DNA of 64,000 bases, from contig CAVUSO010000001.1 in NCBI GenBank assembly GCA_963744145.1, positions 1,472,001 through 1,536,000 of the forward strand, written 5' to 3'. Positions within the stretch are counted from its first letter, which is position 1; each line of letters begins with the position of its first letter. Below the pieces are notes generated by a model, which saw only the letters and a list, made by a program, of their open reading frames with translations, had not been told where the DNA came from and made no database searches. Below, in pieces: positions 60,206-64,000 of the stretch. Made by a program: the position numbers and the translations under genes. Source of the stretch: an uncultured cyanobacterium (GTDB lineage Bacteria; Cyanobacteriota; Cyanobacteriia; Cyanobacteriales; CAWUOF01).

Positions 60206-63079
60206 TTAAAGTTGCAGTTGATTGAGGGCTTCCATCGCTTTTTGATAATTACCCTCATCTCCTTGCTGAGAAAAAAGGTTAGCAGCATTCTGGACATCTT
60301 CAAGGGCACCATGTAAATCTCCAGTTTTAGCTCGAGCTAGACCTCTTTGATGGTAAGCACTGGCATATTCAGGATGAATTTTTAGGGCCTGATTGAAATC
60401 CTCAATGCTGCCATGATAGTCGGTAATTTCATAACGGGCAATTGCTCTATTAAAATATACTACTGCATCCTGAGGATTGATGGCCAATGCTTGGGTGTAA
60501 TCAGCAATTGCTCCTTGGCGATCGCCTAAATCAAATCTAGCTCTACCTCGATTATTATAAGCTACCGCATCTTCTGGTGACAGTTTTATGCCTTGAGTAT
60601 AATCTTCGATCGCTCCGGTCACATCGCCCATTTCATAACGGGCCACACCTTGATTAAAATAAACTACAGGGTTATGAGCATCTAATTCGATCGACTGTTG
60701 GTAATCAGCTATGGCTAATTGGTGTTCTCCCAGACTCGCATGGGCCACTCCTCGATCATTGTAATCATTAGCATTATTGCCATTAATGCTGATTGCTTGG
60801 GTATAATCACCAATGGCTGCGGGATAGTCCCCAATGTATAATCGCTCAAATCCTCGTTTTCGGTAAGCATCCGCACTACTAGGATGCAATAGTGGGTCTT
60901 CAAACCGATTGATTAAACCTTCAATTATGCGCTGATCGCTAGTCCATACGGCTACTTCCCGCTCTGGAAAACTGTCATCAACTGCTAAAAAGTGATAACT
61001 CGAGACTAACCCAAAACTGCGATCGCAGACTAAAAAATTCTCGTTAGTTCCCAGAATCTTTAATTTTAGCTGATGGGGATATTTTTTCCTTAATTCTTCT
61101 AAATCATTTAAGGCATTATAGGCAATTTTGTTTCCTTGCTCATTGATTTGCCATCTAGTTTGATCAATCCGGATGGGTAATTCACCTTGCTCAATATCTT
61201 TTAACTGACCCCACCCTAGCTCAATTTGACCATTGCGTTTGAGGAGAGCTGCAAATTTAGCGATCATCTCCTGGTTAATTGCTGGTTGCGATAACCAGGG
61301 ACAGACCATGATTAATCTTTCTTTTGTTTGATCAATTGCTTCAGTGACAATTCTCCGAATATTAGGTCGATCAAAGACTAGCTGATAATCACTAGGTTGG
61401 ATTTTTTGCAATTGCTGATTAATTTCACCAATATAACTTTGGACTGTTTGATTTACCAATCCTTGAATATCTGTGATTCCAGTTGCACCACTGATGAAAG
61501 CGGTTTCTGGATCTTGCCGATCGTGTTCAATCTCTTGCTGGATTGCGGCGATTTCCGGTTCAGTTTCATTGGCAAAATTGGTTAAGTTACTTTGTAAATG
61601 GGCGATCGCGGTTTGTAAAGCTGCTAGATGTCTTGTCTCTAACCGAATCAAAGATTTCTGAACATGGGAAATATCTTGACGAACCGATTCTAATTCCAGA
61701 CTTTCTAAGGGAGCAATTTGAGTTTTTAGGGCGGCAATTTCTGACTGTAATACTGTAATTTGTTCTGTAATCTTTGCTACAGTTTCTCCAATATTTTCAG
61801 ATGTTTTAGTTGGCTCGGCAGTTGATAAAACTTGCTGTCGTAACTTTTCTATACTCTCAACTATCACTTCATGAACATGAGTAATAGCCTTAACCGAGTT
61901 TTGCCAATTCTCGGCAATTAAATCTTCTATTTCTACTCGTTGTTGTTCTAGTTGAGTTGGGGAAACGATTGATTGAGTGACAGGTAAACTAGATTGATGT
62001 TCACTTACTACCTCAATTTGCGCTTGGAGAGTTGCCGCAGCTCCTTCTAAGTCTTTTAGCCTCTTTTCTAATAACAAATCTGCTGGATTTGGAGTTGTTG
62101 CGGTGGGAGACTCCTGCACCTTGGACGGAACCGCTAATTGGGTGACTGTGTTTTGCAGTTGGGTAACTTTTTCTCCTAACTGAGATAATCCCTGATCTAA
62201 CCCATCTATTTTCGCTACACTAGCTTCTAAACTACTCAGATTAGCTAGTGCAGGAGCGACAGGTAAACTAGATTGATGTTCACTTACTACCTCAATTTGC
62301 GCTTGGAGAGTTGCCGCAGCTCCTTCTAAGTCTTTTAGCCTCTTTTCTAATAACAAATCTGCTGGATTTGGAGTTGTTGCGATGGGAGACTCCTCCACCT
62401 TGGGCGGAACTGCTAATTGGGTGACTGTGTTTTGCAGTTGGGTGACTTTTTCTCCTAATTGAGATAATCCCTGATCTAATCCATCTATCTTCGCTACACT
62501 AGCTTCTAAACTACTCAGATTAGCTGGTGCAGGAGCAACAGGTAAACTAGATTGATGTTCACTTAGTACCTCAATTTGTGCTTGGAGAGTTGCCGCAGCT
62601 GTTTCTAAGTCTTTTAGCTTCTTTTCTAATAACAAATCTGATGAATTTGGAGTTGTTTCAGGTTTAACTACCTGCAAACTTGCATATTCTGCTTTTAATT
62701 CTCCGAGCTGTTGCTCAATAGCACTTAGATCAACTGCTTCTAAAGGACTAATGCGTTTTTCTAGTTCAGAAATTATTTGGGTAGTGCTAGTTTGAGTAGG
62801 TAAAGCTGATAGAGAAGTCCGCAGAGATTCGACTTCTTGGGATAGTCGCTCATCCACTTGGGTAATCTTTGTGGTAGCATCTGGTGCGATCGTTTGCTCA
62901 AAACGGTGACGATTGACTAAATTTAAGAATAAGGAAAGTGACAGCGGTGTTGCAGCATAAGCTACTTGCTGTGATGCTACAGCAACCGTTGACCCCACGA
63001 TCGAGCCAGCAATGGACACATACTCAGCAACATCTAGCCAACTATTTTTCATCTTTCCCCCTGTAAATATAGGCCACAC
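60206..63079 (-). CDS. coiled-coil + degenerate PLD-like domain + TPR protein (likely start MKNSW)
   Basis: Coiled coil with 93-aa repeats; IMVCPWL and GTNENFLVCD in the PLD-like part; several C-terminal TPRs. Confidence 0.8.
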   Translation of the reverse strand: MWPIFTGGKMKNSWLDVAEYVSIAGSIVGSTVAVASQQVAYAATPLSLSLFLNLVNRHRFEQTIAPDATTKITQVDERLSQEVESLRTSLSALPTQTSTTQIISELEKRISPLEAVDLSAIEQQLGELKAEYASLQVVKPETTPNSSDLLLEKKLKDLETAAATLQAQIEVLSEHQSSLPVAPAPANLSSLEASVAKIDGLDQGLSQLGEKVTQLQNTVTQLAVPPKVEESPIATTPNPADLLLEKRLKDLEGAAATLQAQIEVVSEHQSSLPVAPALANLSSLEASVAKIDGLDQGLSQLGEKVTQLQNTVTQLAVPSKVQESPTATTPNPADLLLEKRLKDLEGAAATLQAQIEVVSEHQSSLPVTQSIVSPTQLEQQRVEIEDLIAENWQNSVKAITHVHEVIVESIEKLRQQVLSTAEPTKTSENIGETVAKITEQITVLQSEIAALKTQIAPLESLELESVRQDISHVQKSLIRLETRHLAALQTAIAHLQSNLTNFANETEPEIAAIQQEIEHDRQDPETAFISGATGITDIQGLVNQTVQSYIGEINQQLQKIQPSDYQLVFDRPNIRRIVTEAIDQTKERLIMVCPWLSQPAINQEMIAKFAALLKRNGQIELGWGQLKDIEQGELPIRIDQTRWQINEQGNKIAYNALNDLEELRKKYPHQLKLKILGTNENFLVCDRSFGLVSSYHFLAVDDSFPEREVAVWTSDQRIIEGLINRFEDPLLHPSSADAYRKRGFERLYIGDYPAAIGDYTQAISINGNNANDYNDRGVAHASLGEHQLAIADYQQSIELDAHNPVVYFNQGVARYEMGDVTGAIEDYTQGIKLSPEDAVAYNNRGRARFDLGDRQGAIADYTQALAINPQDAVVYFNRAIARYEITDYHGSIEDFNQALKIHPEYASAYHQRGLARAKTGDLHGALEDVQNAANLFSQQGDEGNYQKAMEALNQLQL
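61977..62660 (-). repeat. 279-bp (93-aa) internal tandem repeat, ~2.4 copies
   Basis: GTCTTTTAGC anchor recurs at 62051, 62330 and 62609. Confidence 0.85.
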
Positions 63080-63156
63080 TTAGACTATAATAATCAATTA
63101 CAGCACTAAATTTTAATCAGGTGTCAAGTCGGCTGGCGATACCTAATTGAGAAATC

Positions 63157-64000
63157 ATGGTTAATCTACTACTAATCGAGTCCCCTGGAAAAATTAAAAA
63201 ACTCAGTCAAATTTTAGGATCGGGTTGGATGATCAAAGCGAGCATGGGTCATGTACGCGAATTAGCCAATGATGGAGAAGATGCTTTAGGTTTTGATCTA
63301 AATGGTGATCAGGTAATTTGTCGCTATGAACCTAGGGGCGATCGCGGTAAAAAAGTCCTGAAAGAACTCCAAGAAGCAGTTCGTCATTGTACCCAAATTT
63401 ATATTGCCACTGATGCGGATCGGGAAGGTGAAACGATTGGTTGGCACCTCGCTCAAGCACTAAAATTAAAACAACCTCTCCGGATTACTTATACCGAAAT
63501 TACTAAACCTGCTTTGATGTCTGCGATCGCTAAACCTCACTCTCTTGATCAAAACTTAATCGCTGCTGGTCGTGCGCGGGATTGTCTAGATAAGTTAGTT
63601 GGTTATAAAGGAAGTAAACATTTAGTTTGGGCTTTAAAGAACGGTGCTAAATCAATGGGAAGAGTGCAAAGCGCCACTTTGCATTTATTATGTTTACGAG
63701 AACAAGAGATTTTCAAGTTTAAGCCAGAAAATTATTGGAGTGTTTGGGTAGATTATCAAGCCGGATTTCGAGCTTTTTATCGTGGAAATATTAAGGAAGT
63801 AGACCATCAGATAACTCCTGATGATGCTGATGATCATAGCGATCGCCAGCTCCCAGAGTCAGAACGAGTGCATACTCAAGCAGAAGCCGATCGCTTAGTA
63901 AATATAGCACGTTCTTATCCCCATCAAGTAGTTAAGCTCGAATCAAAAAATACCAGTCAATCACCTCCACCACCTTTCACCACTTCCACACTTCAACAAG
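63157..64000 (+). CDS. topA: type IA DNA topoisomerase, 5' part (runs off the window; not in the ORF track)
   Basis: MVNLLLIESPGK, ASMGHVREL, IATDADREGE (TOPRIM), GRVQS, PPPPFTTSTLQQ. Confidence 0.92.
   Translation, partial: MVNLLLIESPGKIKKLSQILGSGWMIKASMGHVRELANDGEDALGFDLNGDQVICRYEPRGDRGKKVLKELQEAVRHCTQIYIATDADREGETIGWHLAQALKLKQPLRITYTEITKPALMSAIAKPHSLDQNLIAAGRARDCLDKLVGYKGSKHLVWALKNGAKSMGRVQSATLHLLCLREQEIFKFKPENYWSVWVDYQAGFRAFYRGNIKEVDHQITPDDADDHSDRQLPESERVHTQAEADRLVNIARSYPHQVVKLESKNTSQSPPPPFTTSTLQQ

Overview
This is cyanobacterial chromosomal DNA, judged by dense HIP1 (GCGATCGC) sites, rbp, a cyanobacterial AbrB-like gene, a cruA-like gene and Uma2-family genes. Positions 1-25.4 kb and 56-64 kb are mostly ordinary housekeeping and signalling genes: menH-like, mmsA, two-component genes, malQ, rodZ, a pseudouridine synthase, dcd, rph, a sugar transferase and a partial topA. 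Between them (~25.6-55.8 kb) is a heavily rearranged accessory island. Its most interesting content is a dispersed, phage-like candidate pyrimidine (thymidine) DNA-modification pathway. It comprises an aGPT-Pplase1-like HhH protein, a dUMP-type thymidylate-synthase/hydroxymethylase homolog fused to an Nmad1/DUF1599-like domain, a P-loop nucleotide kinase coupled to a 2OG-Fe(II) dioxygenase, and an unusual LAGLIDADG-dUTPase fusion. The island abuts a dcd operon with candidate NrdR boxes, where the thyX gene usually found next to dcd is absent. The island also holds five near-identical Uma2 nuclease genes (four in HIP1-bounded units), a restriction-modification pair, a DEDD exonuclease, a broken HNH gene, a caspase-NB-ARC-WD40 gene with three lesions including an IS630, duplicated hybrid kinases, and several MITEs with nested 21-24 nt elements. 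All family assignments are from motif recognition by eye; no database search was run.
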